A stretch of DNA of 64,000 nucleotides from Cetorhinus maximus (lineage: Eukaryota): NCBI RefSeq assembly GCF_964194155.1, contig NC_135908.1, positions 4,774,001 to 4,838,000 of the forward strand, given 5' to 3'. Position 1 is the first letter of the stretch. The number at the start of each line of letters is the position of its first letter. The notes below the pieces were generated by a model. The model did not search any database. It had not been told where the DNA came from and saw only the letters and a list, made by a program, of their open reading frames with translations. The position numbers and the translations under genes were made by a program. Shown in pieces: positions 1-11,394 of this stretch.

Positions 1-296
1 CCAATTTTGGCCTCTCGCACATTCCCCCCCCCCAACTCCCAATTTTAACCATTCCACCATTGGCGGCCGTGCCTTCAGCTGCCTGAGACCCTAAGCTCTT
101 GAATTCCTTCCTTGAGCTTCTCCCTTTTGTCTCTCCTTTTTAAGTTGCTCCCTACAGCCAACTCCTTTGGCTATGCTTTTGGTCATCGCTGCGGCTGGGT
201 GTCAGGTTTAGCTTAGTGACGCTCCTCTGAAGTGACTCGGGACATTTTTGCGACGTTGTAGGTGCTATATAAATGCAAGTTGTTGTTGTTGTTGTA
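1..296 (+). mobile_element. L2-type LINE 3' end fragment
   Basis: Ends in ggtgctatataaatgcaag(ttg)n. The same body/tail recurs at 3945-4165, 50412-50906 and inverted at 58205-58530. Confidence 0.7.
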
Positions 297-374
297 GAAG
301 ACGATCCCTCCCGATTTCCAAATGTTACTAATGGCCACCGTTCCTGAGAGGGGAATCTGAAATACATTGCAGGA

Positions 375-470
375 AAAAAAAAAGAGACATGCTACCAAAA
401 TTTTTTGTCTTGCACTCATCAGGACAGATGCAAGAATGCCAAATTTCAAAGGGGGCAACAATTTATATTC
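375..470 (-). mobile_element. Penelope-like element terminal fragment carrying a degenerate minimal hammerhead motif (392-427)
   Basis: Minus strand reads CTGTC CTGATGA GTGCAAGAC AAAA AATT TT GGTAG: hammerhead core with G12>A, palindromic stem III and stem I arms that pair. Confidence 0.5.
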
Positions 471-538
471 CCTCGCGACCAAAAGCAACTGTCTGTGTTT
501 TAAGCATAACTTTATTCCATTTTTAATTTATGTTACAG

Positions 539-555
539 ATTGCTCACTCCAGTGA
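539..555 (+). CDS. Candidate terminal coding exon (x-C-S-L-Q-stop, CAAX motif) of an upstream gene, possibly ULK3-like
   Basis: T-rich acceptor ttttaatttatgttacag|AT TGC TCA CTC CAG TGA, followed by ~2.4 kb of 3'UTR-like sequence ending in AATAAA. Identity is inference only (human ULK3 ends SCTLQ and lies on 15q24 like FBXO22/NRG4). Confidence 0.35.
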
Positions 556-1438
556 TCACAAATGTATTAAATACACCTTGGTGCTGACGTCTTTCGAACC
601 TTCCCAGGGCTAACTCAAACCAATCCTGGACACAACTCTGGGAGTGTTAATCCCAACCTGCTGAAGCAATGACAAGTACCGGAAATCAAACTGGTACAAG
701 AGTCTTTTGTAATGCACTTTTTTTTTTAAAAAAAATCTTAAACTTTGAAGCTTAATTTTTCACAGGTAAGGGGTAATATATTTGCCACTTAACTGATAAG
801 AGGAAGCAGACCTGTTTAATTTTTGTCCTAAATTGGGCTTTTGAATTTGGAAATGTGCCTCCAATCTGTTCATTGCTGCAGCCAAACCATCCGGTTTCAT
901 TTTACGTGTAGTACGAGTCGCGTGATTGGTTGCGGCATTGGCGAATAGCAACTGACCATCAGAACAAGGGGCCAAGCAAGTTAAAGAAGGCAAGAACCTA
1001 CATATAGATGACGCTGTGCATGGCTGCTGGAGATCCCGAACCACTTTTCTGAAATGTGATCAATGTCGTGAGGTTACAGCCAATTTCCTCCCAGCTAAGT
1101 TGCTGGCTAAATTCTTTGGACACACAAGAAAGTGCACCAAACTTTAAAACAAAAGTAATTCCAAAAAAATATATATCCTTTCAAATGTGCTCAGTTCTAA
1201 CATTTATTTCGCAAACCACTTGTTAATGTATTGTCTGTTTTTCTTTTAATTTAATTTGCCTATTTTGGGCTTGCTTGCGTTTTCTGTCAGTGCCTGAGTT
1301 CCTCAGATTGGTGGGGCGGGGTGCAGTGTGGGGGAGGTTGTGTTTGAAGAGGTCTCAAGCAGCAACTACCCACCTCCCAATGTCAGTCCTACCCTCCACA
1401 GCCGCCCTCCCTTCCCCCTCGTTATTTACTATGAATTC

Positions 1439-1750
1439 CTTCGACAGCACCTTCCAAACCCACGACCACCACCACCTAGAAGGACAAGGGCAGCAGATAG
1501 ATGGGAACACCACCACCTGGAAGTTCCCCTCCAAGCCACTCACCATCCTGACTTGGAAATATATCGGCCGTTCCTTCACAGTCACTGGATCAAAATCCTG
1601 GAGCTCCCTCCCTAACAGCACTGTGGGTGTACCTACACCACATGGAGTGCAGCAGTTCAAGAAGGCAGCTCACCACCACCTCCTCAAGGGCAATAATAAT
1701 GCTGGCCCAGCCAGTGAAGCCCACATCCCGTGAATGAATAATAAAAAATA
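1439..1750 (+). mobile_element. Non-LTR retrotransposon (CR1/L2 group, 'HHLLKGN' family) 3' fragment
   Basis: Encodes ...SKSWSSLPNSTVGVPTPHGVQQFKKAAHHHLLKGN; homologous to 15897-16700 and 59400-60200. Confidence 0.85.
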
Positions 1751-2956
1751 AAAATTGCTAGTGTGTCCCAGCAATCCCTCAGTGGGGGAGGGGCACCTGC
1801 TGGAACCCCGAGGATACCGTGGGCTGGAGGAAAGTGTAGCTGGGAATCAATGGGAATTCCACTCATGTACCAAGGAGACCAGTGACTGCTCGAAATGAAT
1901 GAAGCCTGAAATGTACCTGATTGTAGGGCAGATAGCAGGCAGGAGCACACACCTACTGGTCCTTGTAACCTATCACACACCATTGATACACTCAGTCCAC
2001 ATCCCACCTGAATCCACGTGGTCTCAGAGAGGCAATAAAAATAGTTTAAAAACCCAGGGGGATAAACCTGCAAATCTCACCAACCCCCCTTTTAGGCGAT
2101 CGGGACTAGCACAGGAGACCAATCTGCTCCTGATCACCAACACCAGGTACCTACCTCCTGCAAATATGCAGCTGTGTGTTCAATGGAGGAGGCCATTCAG
2201 CCCCTCGAAGCTGTTCGGCCATTCAATCAAATCACGGCTGCTCTGGGAGCTTTTTTTTTCAATGATGTAATACATCGCCGGACCTTCACCGATACCATTT
2301 TCACCCACCTGCCCGGCAGCCCCAGTCACCTCAAACGCACTTGACTCACTCCGCACCTCAAGAGTGGAGAGGGACGTACAGGAGCGGAGCCTGAGTTTTC
2401 ATCGTTCAACACTCTGTTTCATCTGTCAGCCTCTCCCCTTCCCACACCACCCACGGAGCGAGCTTGGGATCCTTGCTTTGTGGAAGGGCATGTGGGGTGG
2501 GGGTTCTCTGTTCAGTTTATTTGGGTCTGTTTCTCAGTTGGAACCAGTGCTTTCAAAGCCAAAGTGACGAACCCCAAAAGCACGTGAAACGCCCTCTGAA
2601 ACTGAACCGAGTTGAATTGCAGTAACCAAGTGGTTAAGGATCTCAAACTTACAAGTAAGTTAACATGACCTCTTGCAAGCAGAATGTTGTTTAGCCTTTT
2701 AAGTTGTTCTGTACAGTTTGTGTTTTTTAAAAAAAAAACATTTTCATGTCAGCTTATACATTTCGTAAGTTTTTTCTGTTACCGACTCCAGTCATGTCAG
2801 TGCTCTGTGTAGTTTCACCTGTCTCATCCTTGCCTTGCTAAAAAAAATAATTTAAAGGCTGATGCAACAGTTTTGTCTTGCAATAATTTATTTTTAAAAA
2901 TTAAGTTTAAAGTGAGTATGTTTGTCTAATAACCTAATTGAGGTCTGAGGTTATCA

Positions 2957-2962
2957 AATAAA
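2957..2962 (+). terminator. Candidate polyadenylation signal of upstream gene
   Basis: AATAAA followed by GT/T-rich downstream element (gttgtgtttatctcctttaatgtatctgtgctgt) and preceded by a U-rich tract. Confidence 0.45.
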
Positions 2963-3564
2963 GTTGTGTTTATCTCCTTTAATGTATCTGTGCTGTTCCC
3001 TTCAACTATTCCACATGGTAGCAAGTACCACATTCTCCCCATTCTGGGTGAAGGAATTTCTCCTGAATTCCTTACTGGATTTATTAGTTAACCGTCTTAT
3101 ATTGATGGCCACTAGTTTTCGATTCTCCCACAACTAGAAATGCCCCATCTACATCCCTGCAATCCCTTATCCAATTTACATTTTACAGCCCCCAGGCACC
3201 AGTCAGAAATCTAGGTGGCAATCCCAAATTGAAATCTGAACCCATTCAGAATTTAACTCCAGACAGAAGATCGATGAAATTGCCTCATTATCCACAGTGC
3301 CTTTTCGAAATCAAACTGTTAGAAATAATTGTGACCTGTAATGTCGATGTTTCTCTTGCCTGCTGCTGGTATTGGGTTCTGGCTTTCTTTCAAGCTTGGG
3401 AATTATTTTGTGTTTTTTTTTAAATTTGCTGATGACGTAGTTGAAAGAAACAGGTGATGAGAGGTTACAGAGCTCAACAATGTGCGGGGATTGAGAACTG
3501 AATTAACATCAGTAAAGATCTGGTCATTAATTCTGAATGCTTCAGTAATCTTGTCTTACCAGCA

Positions 3565-3675
3565 TGCGTGTGTGTGTGTACCCATGCATGTGTGTGTGTG
3601 TGTATCTGCATGTGTGTGTATATGTGTGCATGTATGTGTATGTGTGTGGGTGTATATATGTATGTATGTGTGTGT
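3565..3675. repeat. (TG)n/(TATG)n imperfect microsatellite
   Basis: Alternating purine-pyrimidine run seen directly. Confidence 0.95.
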
Positions 3676-3944
3676 TCACTCAACTCCCACGCACAGCTGG
3701 CTCAGGAACTTGTGTCCGTACAGTTCCCCGATTCTTTCCTCTCTCCGCCCCCTCTCTTTCCCCCTTCTCTGTGGAAGGCTCTGACCTGTTCATACCACTG
3801 CCCCCTCCCCCCATCTCCAGCAGTGCAGTTTAGATTGAAAAGCTGACAAGTGTGAGCTTAAACTGCATGTAGCCTTAACATTCTGGGCACAATGTCGCAA
3901 CTTTCAGTTTATTTCTATTGCTGGTTCAACAACAGAAAGCAGAT

Positions 3945-4165
3945 TTAATGGTTCCTTCAGCTGCCTGGACCCTAAGCTCTGGAATTCCCTCTCGAAACTC
4001 CTCCGCCTCTCTCTCTCAACTCCTTTAAGACACACTCCTTAAAATCAGCCTTTTTGTCCAAGCACTCAGCCACCCATCCTAATACCCCCCTGATGTGGCT
4101 CAATGTTAAATTTACACCTCTGGCGTGTTTCACTACATTAGAGGCCTTGTATAAGTAGAAGTTGT
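3945..4165 (+). mobile_element. L2-type LINE 3' fragment
   Basis: ccttcagctgcctggaccctaagctctggaattccct..., similar to 1-296. Confidence 0.65.
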
Positions 4166-4584
4166 TTTTTTCCAATCTGGAACGAATTATGGTGGTGACT
4201 GCAGAGTAAGAGGAGTCGATGATTAACTCCTGCAATTATTAAATAGTGAAAAAAAAATCTGATTTTTATGTTTTAATTTTCCTGGATAGGATTGGCCAAC
4301 TTGGCTGAAAAGTTGTCAGCCAGAGGATATCCACTTCCCCCAGTTCCCCGAAGGTCGAGCCAGGAAATGCACAGAACCCTAGGCCCAAGACAGATGAGTG
4401 ATGGTGAGAAAAGGAGGCTGCCCTTCAAATGTGCCTGGCTGACCTTGAAATGATTGGTAGTGGGCTGGGGGGGTCACATTCTAAAAACTCCCAGAGACTT
4501 AAGCAGAGTAAAATGCTTAATAATATACATTTGTGAAATCTAGAACCAAGTGAAAACATAATTATTTGATCAATTGTTATTTGA

Positions 4585-4822
4585 ACTTATCCGTCTGTGG
4601 AGTTCTCTTCCCCAGAGAGCACTGGAGACTGGGTCATTGAATTTATTCAAGGCTGAGTTACACAGATTTTTGATAGACAAGGGAGTCGAGGGTTGTGGGT
4701 GGGGGTGGGGTGGTGCAGACAGGAAAGTGGAGATCACAACCAGAGCAGCCATGGTCTCATTGAATGGTGGAGGAGCCTCGAAGGGATGAGTGACCTACTC
4801 CTGCCCCTAAGTCCTATGTTCA
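4585..4822 (+). mobile_element. CR1-type LINE 3' end
   Basis: LWSSLPQRALETGSLNLFKAELHRFL plus tail ...gatgagtgacctactcctgcccctaagtcctatgtt. Confidence 0.8.
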
Positions 4823-5195
4823 CAGTATCCAGGCTGCCACGCCCAGTGTAGTTCTGCAGGGAGTGCTGCATTGTCAGAGGTGCGGCATCTCAGGCGAGAC
4901 GTTAAACCGAAGCGCCATTGCCCCCTCATGTCGCTATAAAAGATCACATGCCCACTATTTCAAAGAAGATGGTGGGGGAGGGGGGATGTTCCCCAGTGTC
5001 CTGAGCCAAGTATGTCCCTCAACCCACGTTAATGAAACAGATTATCTGTTGTGGGATCCTGCTGTGCATAAATTAACAGCTGTGTTTCCTACATTACAAC
5101 AGTGGCTACACTTCAAAAAGGACTTCATTGGGCGTAAAGCATTTTGGGATGCCCTTTGCTTGTGAAAGGTGTTGCATAACTGCACAGCTTTCTCT
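4823..5195 (+). mobile_element. DeuSINE-type SINE (AmnSINE1/SacSINE1-like central domain)
   Basis: gagacgttaaaccga...aaaagatcacatgcccactatttcaaagaag...tttcctacattacaacagtggctacacttcaaaa; many copies in the window. Confidence 0.75.
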
Positions 5196-5352
5196 CACCA
5201 GTGGTCTGCGAAGCGCAATTAAGTTGCGGCAAATTTACTTTGTGCCGAGGGTATTTAATTTTTTGTAATTCCCGGATTAAACCTGGAAAAACACAACAAT
5301 CCAATCAGCACCTGTGGAGCTCCCCACGGATCTGTTTGCAGGGTGTGTGGGA

Positions 5353-5941
5353 TAGAGTTACCAACCCTCAAGTGTCGCTCTGGAGTCTCCTGGAATTCAA
5401 GATTGATTTCTAGGACATGGCTAGAAAAATCAGAGACCAAATAACAAATGGTGCATTTTAATCATTTGTTTTGAACACTTAATTAGTTCCAAAAATTTGG
5501 GCATCACTGGCAAGGCCAGTATTTGTTGCCCATCCATAATTGCCCTTGAAGTAGCTTATTAGACCATTCCAGAGGGCAGTTAAGAGTCAACCACATCGCT
5601 GTGGGTCTGGAGTCACATGTAGGGCAGACCAGGTAAGGACAGCAGATTTCCTTCCCTAAAGGGCATTACTGAACCGGATGGGCTTTTACAACAATCAATG
5701 GTAGCTTCTGATAACTAGCTTTCAATTCCAGATTTATTTCATTTAAATTCTGCTGTGGTGGAGATTTGAACCCATATCCCCCAGTGGATTAACCTGGACC
5801 TCTGGATTACTAGTCTAATGACAATACGACCAAGCCACCATCTGCCCTTGGCACTAAGGGACTTTGACTGGGTGGGGCAGTTGGAGATGGGAGGTCATGA
5901 GCAACCTCCAGGAATAGATGCAACCAGAGTTGGTAACCATG
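5353..5941. mobile_element. hAT-like non-autonomous DNA element with nested SINE
   Basis: Terminal inverted repeats TAGAGTTACCAAC / GTTGGTAACC. A related copy spans ~44110-44928. Confidence 0.5.
5498..5843 (-). mobile_element. tRNA-derived SINE sharing its 3' tail with the HHLLKGN LINE
   Basis: Reverse complement of the 17914-18255 SINE. Confidence 0.8.
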
Positions 5942-6417
5942 ACTTTGGCGGGACACATTGCTGCTTGGTGACATCTTCTGATTTCATTTCGAACTCACAC
6001 ATCGCTTGTTTCATTAAGATCTTTTTTTTAAAAAAGGCTTCTACTGCTCTACTCGAGATTAGAAATTTTAACCTCTTGCCACTTTGCTATTGGTACGTCT
6101 GCTGTTTCTTATAGTTTGCTTTCCCCCTCCCTTTGTCATGGAATCTTACAACACAGGAGGCCATTCAGCCCATCGTGCCTGTGCCAGCTCTTTGAAAGCT
6201 ATCCAATTAGCTCCCCCCACCTCCCATGTTCTTTTTATTGAGTATTCCATTTTGAAAGTTATTATTGAATTTACTTCCACCAGATCATAACAACTTGCGT
6301 GCATTAAAAAAACTCATCTCCCCTCCCTGTTTTTCTTCTGCTAATTACTGTTTCTACCCATCCACTCAAAACACCGTATTTTCTTATCCTATTAATAAGC
6401 TCCCCCCCTCCTCCCCC

Positions 6418-6752
6418 TTTCATGCAATGTGGGCATTGCAGCATTTGTTGCCCCATCCCTAATTGCCCTTGAGCTCAGTGGCTTGCCAGGCCAGTTCAGA
6501 GGGGCAGGTAAGAGTCAGGTCTGGAGCCCAGACCAGGTGAGGACAGCAGATTTCCTTAAGCAGCGAGCGAGCCAGGTGGGTTTTTTTTTACAACAATCGA
6601 CGATAGTTTCATAATCACTGAGACGAGTTTACTAATCCCAGATCATTAATTCAATTTAAATTCTACCAGGTGGGATTTGAACCCCCCCCTATCCCCGTCC
6701 CCAGAGCATTAGCCTGGGCCTCGGGATTTCGAGTCATTACCACTGCACCACC
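6418..6752 (-). mobile_element. tRNA-derived SINE (same family)
   Basis: ccatccctaattgcccttgag...ccagaccaggtgaggacagcagatttcc...gggatttgaaccc. Confidence 0.75.
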
Positions 6753-9700
6753 GTTTTATCGCTCTCAGTAATATCATTCCCCGGAGGAAATTTTCTCCCC
6801 ACGTTTGCTGATTGACCTGTTCCTGTGTGTCCGTTTCTTGTTTGTGAATGTTTTAAATTTCCATGGTTTTTATATATATTTATATTTGAAAACTGGGCCC
6901 CTTTCGCTGTTAGCACTGCTTCTTTTTCAACACCTTATCTTATGAAATGGGTTCCCAGAGTGAATTTGTCTGTATAACTCTCCCAACCAATATACCCCGG
7001 GTAAAAATCAGCCCCCACCATGTGAAACACGAGTGAGTTCCAACCCACGTCCGCCACCCCAAAACCCAACCCAACCCAACCCAACCGAAAGATACATTTT
7101 TACACATGAAACAATAAGGTTTAGCCCTGTGGGAGGGGGAGGTCGGGGTTTAGAAGTTTCGAGAGCTGTTGCTGGCTAGGGAGATGCCGATGAACAGGCA
7201 CTGTTTTGCCAGGCTAATCTAAATCACAAAGCATGAAGCCACTTGACATTTGAATGGGCTGGATCCCTCCTCTAGAAATAGTCTGACCCATTATCTGAAG
7301 GAGTCATTTGAAGTGTTTAATCAATTCCTGCACTTTTTTCAGAGACCAAACTGTTTAGATTGGGCACGTCGAGTTCATAATGACAACGTTACTGATACCC
7401 CCCCACTCCCCCCAATCCAGTTTGACTATCTGCGATGCATCCACACGTGTGGGCCTGATGTAGATATTCTCAGTTACAGCAGATAGCTTCAATTAAAGTC
7501 TCTGAACCCTCAACACTGTGCTGGTGCCCATTTTAATTTAACCCCTTTCCCCACCCGCCCTCAGAGCGTTGCTCTGTTGGTTTTTAGAAATTCAAATTAG
7601 TTTTTTGTGCATAATTAGTAAAATGATAGGATAGGTGTAGCATTGTTTTTTTTTTCATGTTTTGGTTGCTGTTGTCCTCGTTTTAATTTTCCTATCCTGT
7701 ATTCAGAGTTCCAACCTATTAACTCCGTAATATAACTCCGGAGCGCTGCAGAGCATCGAAACCTCCAGGGTACCAAGAATTTTGGATTAAGTTCTGGTTG
7801 CAAAGAGGGAATTCAATCTCTTTTTGAGGTCGAATCTCCTCCAAGTCTCTGCCAATACTGCGTCAGCCTGGGCTCCCGTCAGCGTCAACCGCTCCAAGCC
7901 CCAAATAATGCACTTTTTTCACAGAACCTTAAACAGAGAGGAGAACCAACTTGTAGGCTGAAATAGAAAGGAATCCTCAAACCTTGAACTAAACAACGCG
8001 AAAAATGCAGGGAAACGCACACAGCTGTTTGATTCCAGTTTAAAATCCAGGAAAATCGTCAAGTTTGAGGGGGGGGGAGGGATTTTAAATGGAAGAAAAT
8101 CTCGTCAAACCCCTGTTTATTTTGTAATTTAACACTCAAGAATTTCAGCAGTGCTGGTTTAATCTATTTAAAAATTAGTTTTTAAAAAATGTTGGGTTGG
8201 ACTGCAGGATAGAATTCGACTTCAGGATCTGTAAAGAACACTTTGATTGAAAGTGAAATCCCTTGGGGGGGAGGAGGAGGAGGGTGGGTGCTGGTTTTAA
8301 GGATTTGAACCTTCTAACAGTGGAACTGCGAGTAATTTAATGACGGTTTAATCCGTGTATCCGCTGTTGTGTATTAAACAGGCATCTCCACTGTTTTCAG
8401 GGATCTTATAAAACTTCCAGCTTGCGAATGATGGCAGCGAATATTGGTTGATGTGTAAACGCCGCCACGTTTTTTTATATATATACTTCCATAAATGAAA
8501 CGAGACCAAAAGAAACTGTGAGTTAATGCCTCAGTAAGTGGCTGTAAAATGTAATAGCAAACAGATTGTTCTGGGAACATAATTCCAGAGGGACAGAAAG
8601 AGCTCAGACCTTTCTCTCTCTGTCGGGCACGGAGTCCCCTGTGTTTCAACCGACCTCCCCCCTCCCTCCCTACTGTAGTGTTCAGTCCTATTGAGAACAT
8701 CGCTCCCCTGCACCAATGAATGGCTCATTGTATCCCAGCCCCAAACTCTCTTTCCAACAAATTCCTGCGTGTTTCACTTTCGAATTGTTTATGTAACTTG
8801 GTGCAGTTTCTGCACTCACTGGCGCTCAGGGAAGAGTTCACTGGGAGTCAAATATGTCCAGATGGTCCCACTCTGCCAGTGTAAACTTTCTCCTCGCTGT
8901 TTAATAAACAGCATCGCACTACAACACATCCTACACCCTGCACGCTTCGGAGCTCAGAACTGTTTATTTGAATATTTGGATAATGAAGCGAAAAGCGTAA
9001 TGTAAATAGAATTACAAGAGAGAAAGAAAATAGCACCCAAAGGTTTTCTTTTGTTGAGGGGGGTGGGGGTCGATTGGCGAATTTTAACCAAAGCAGTTTA
9101 TGCGTTGGAAGGCAAATGACTTTTAAACAATGATAAACAGGACTTTAACATTAAAGTAGAATCCACTGTATTTCAGAGATATGAGTGCGAAAACGATTGC
9201 TCATCCAAGAGGAGTGGGATTTTCAAGAGAAAGGGGTTTGTGGATGTTTTAAGGGGAGGGGAGCGAGTTTAAGAGGTGGTGGTTAACGTCACTGGGCTAA
9301 TACTTAGTGACCTAGGCTAATGCTCTGGGGTTGTGGGTTCAAATCTCACCGTGGCATGAATCCATGGAATTTAATTTCGGATTGTCAATTTAAAGGAAAA
9401 CATCTGGAGTTCCTATCCTTCTGTCTCTCGAGTGAGCCACACGAATTGGAGGTAGCCTAGGCCACAAAGGGTTGAAGAGTGAGGATGTTGAGGAACTGGG
9501 ACCTGGGATCTCGATGGAATCGTTTCAAACACAGTTTGTGGTGGGGGTGGGTGTCTGGAGTCTACAAAAGGTACGAGGTGTTCCCAGAGGCTGAGGCTGA
9601 GGTAAGGGAGGAAGGACAAACCTCTGCAACCTCCAATTCTAATGGACTCCATTTGCACATCGCAGAGCTGGGCCCACACGCTGCATTTTTTTTAAAATAA

Positions 9701-10062
9701 AAATGGGATGTGGGCAAGGTCAGCAATTGTCGCTCACTGAGTGGCTTTCCCAATCCATTTCAGAGGGCAGTTAAGAGTCAAGAGGCCCTGGTGATGGGGA
9801 AGGTTATGGGATGTGAAACAAGGCGCCCAGTTGGGGAACAGACTGAGGAAATGCAGTGACGAGGGGAGCAGGGTTTGCAAGCGGGAGGCCTAAGCGAAGA
9901 AGTCAGGACACAACCAGGACCAAGTGTCAGACGTGCAGACTGGCAACAGAGCAATGGAGAGGGGGGTGAGCGAGAAGGGGGCGATACAGGAGTGGGTTCG
10001 AACCCCAGAGAACACTGGCAAAAACAGAACTGTGCAAACCAAATGCCAAACTGTTACCTGAA

Positions 10063-10068
10063 TTTATT
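10063..10068 (-). terminator. Polyadenylation signal of the GAS1-like gene
   Basis: AATAAA on the minus strand ~520 nt after the stop, with a GT-rich downstream element (gtttggcatttggtttgcacagttctgttttt). Confidence 0.6.
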
Positions 10069-10590
10069 TCAAAAACGTATTAGTTGCAAATTCATAAATA
10101 GTGTCAAAAAGATCTCCATCTTTATACAAAAAGTCTTCGAGAAGTTGCACATCTTAAAAGTCGAGTGGTCCAACTTTTCGCAATTGTGGGTCCCATTGTC
10201 AATATTTATCTTAGAGACCAATTGAACCATTGGAAACATTTGTCCGCGCAGTTTCTTGTGTTTGATTGGGTTTAAATCGAGTCAAGTCCCAAGATGGTTC
10301 GATGAGTAATTTACAAACGGCCTGTTTTATGTTTGTGAGTTTTTTAAATCGATTTACCAGTCCGAGGTGTGTATGTGAGAGAGGGTGGGTGTTGGTCTAT
10401 GATAACCCAAGTTAATTTGACCTGACAGGACCAGGCCAGCTTCAGTATTTGAAGTGTTTGTGTTTTGTAAACACTTCAGACGCACAGTGCCCGGACAGAC
10501 AAATGGTAAGAGGAGAGAGAGAGAGAGGAGGAGGAGGAGGAGGGAGATTGACAAAAACACAAACCTGCAAAGAATTGTTTGCACAAAGTA

Positions 10591-11394
10591 TTATGAAAAC
10601 CACAAGCTCAGGAGAGGGAGGAGGAGGAGGAGGAGGGAACACCACGTGTGTGCCCACAGTCCTGCACAGAGATTCAACGACGTGTCCATCCCGTCTGCAA
10701 TTTCTGGCCTTAAATCCGTTTTGTTCATTTCGTAATCGTCATATTCGTAATTCTCCTCGGAGTCCGGGGTGGCCGTAAAAAGCGAGTGGCTGCTGATGGA
10801 GCAGAACCTCTCCATGTTCTCCTTCACCACCTCGCAGAACGGTCTCTCCACCCCATCACAGACGCATGTGTTGAGCAGGATCCCATTGGGGATGGTCAGC
10901 AGGTACTGGATGGTGTTCTTGCAGACGGCGGTGCACCTCCTGCCGTTGAACAGCTGCCCACAGTTGGACAGGTAGTCCTTCATGGCGCCGTGGCACACCG
11001 ACTCCCCCTCGCAGCGCTGCCGTGCCTCGGTGCAGCCCAGGTCGGCCGCGTCCGGCGACTGGCCCCGGTACCTCCTGGGCATGCAAGGCTCGATGGCTCG
11101 CTTGGCCCGCCTGCATTGCACGTCCTGGTCGCAGTCACAGTTCTCCAGGTCCGGCCCGTTCTGGGTCTGGTTGAGTTTGACCAGGGCGCCGATGCAGTGA
11201 CTGGGGCACTGCCTCCTCAGCCCTCTCAGGAAAGGCTCGCAGGCTGCAGTATACTGACTGTAAGCCCACTTGCAATCCTTTTCCTCCTGACAGCGTAGCA
11301 GAGCCTGCCAGCAAACTGGCTGAACCCCGGCCACCGAGCTAAGACAAGCGAAGATCGCCAGGGAATACCAGCTCAGTCTGACCAGTCGGACCAT
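10591..11394 (-). CDS. GAS1: Growth arrest-specific protein 1 family (GAS1-like), single exon, GPI-anchored, 267 aa
   Basis: Signal peptide; two GFRalpha-type Cys-rich domains (CWQALLRCQEE..C..AYSQY..AC...CPSHCI.AL..LNQT..GP.LE.CDC; GCTEARQRC...CGQLFNGRRCT..C...C.CDG.ERPFCE.VKENM.RFC); acidic linker; hydrophobic C-terminal GPI signal. Confidence 0.95.
   Translation of the reverse strand: MVRLVRLSWYSLAIFACLSSVAGVQPVCWQALLRCQEEKDCKWAYSQYTAACEPFLRGLRRQCPSHCIGALVKLNQTQNGPDLENCDCDQDVQCRRAKRAIEPCMPRRYRGQSPDAADLGCTEARQRCEGESVCHGAMKDYLSNCGQLFNGRRCTAVCKNTIQYLLTIPNGILLNTCVCDGVERPFCEVVKENMERFCSISSHSLFTATPDSEENYEYDDYEMNKTDLRPEIADGMDTSLNLCAGLWAHTWCSLLLLLLPLLSLWFS

Noticed and set aside
750-772. cttaatttttcacag|gtaagg resembles a recursive splice site or a terminal exon VRGNIFAT*
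   Set aside because: Short pyrimidine tract, no evidence for a long + strand intron here, and better explained as chance within the putative 3' UTR.
760-1044. 94-aa minus-strand ORF
   Set aside because: No recognisable homology or splice context.
3428-3460. CTGATGA...GAAA hammerhead-like words
   Set aside because: No stem I or II pairing.
3474-3846. His/Thr- and Cys/Val-rich ORFs
   Set aside because: Microsatellite translations.
4290-4403. AG...GT-bounded segment with one open frame
   Set aside because: No homology and no partner exons; cannot be supported as an exon.
9975-10010. GGGTTCGAACCCC B-box/T-arm-like motif
   Set aside because: No A box or cloverleaf around it.
10769-11298. Overlapping ORFs antisense or out of frame to GAS1-like
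   Set aside because: By-product of GC-rich codon usage in the real CDS.
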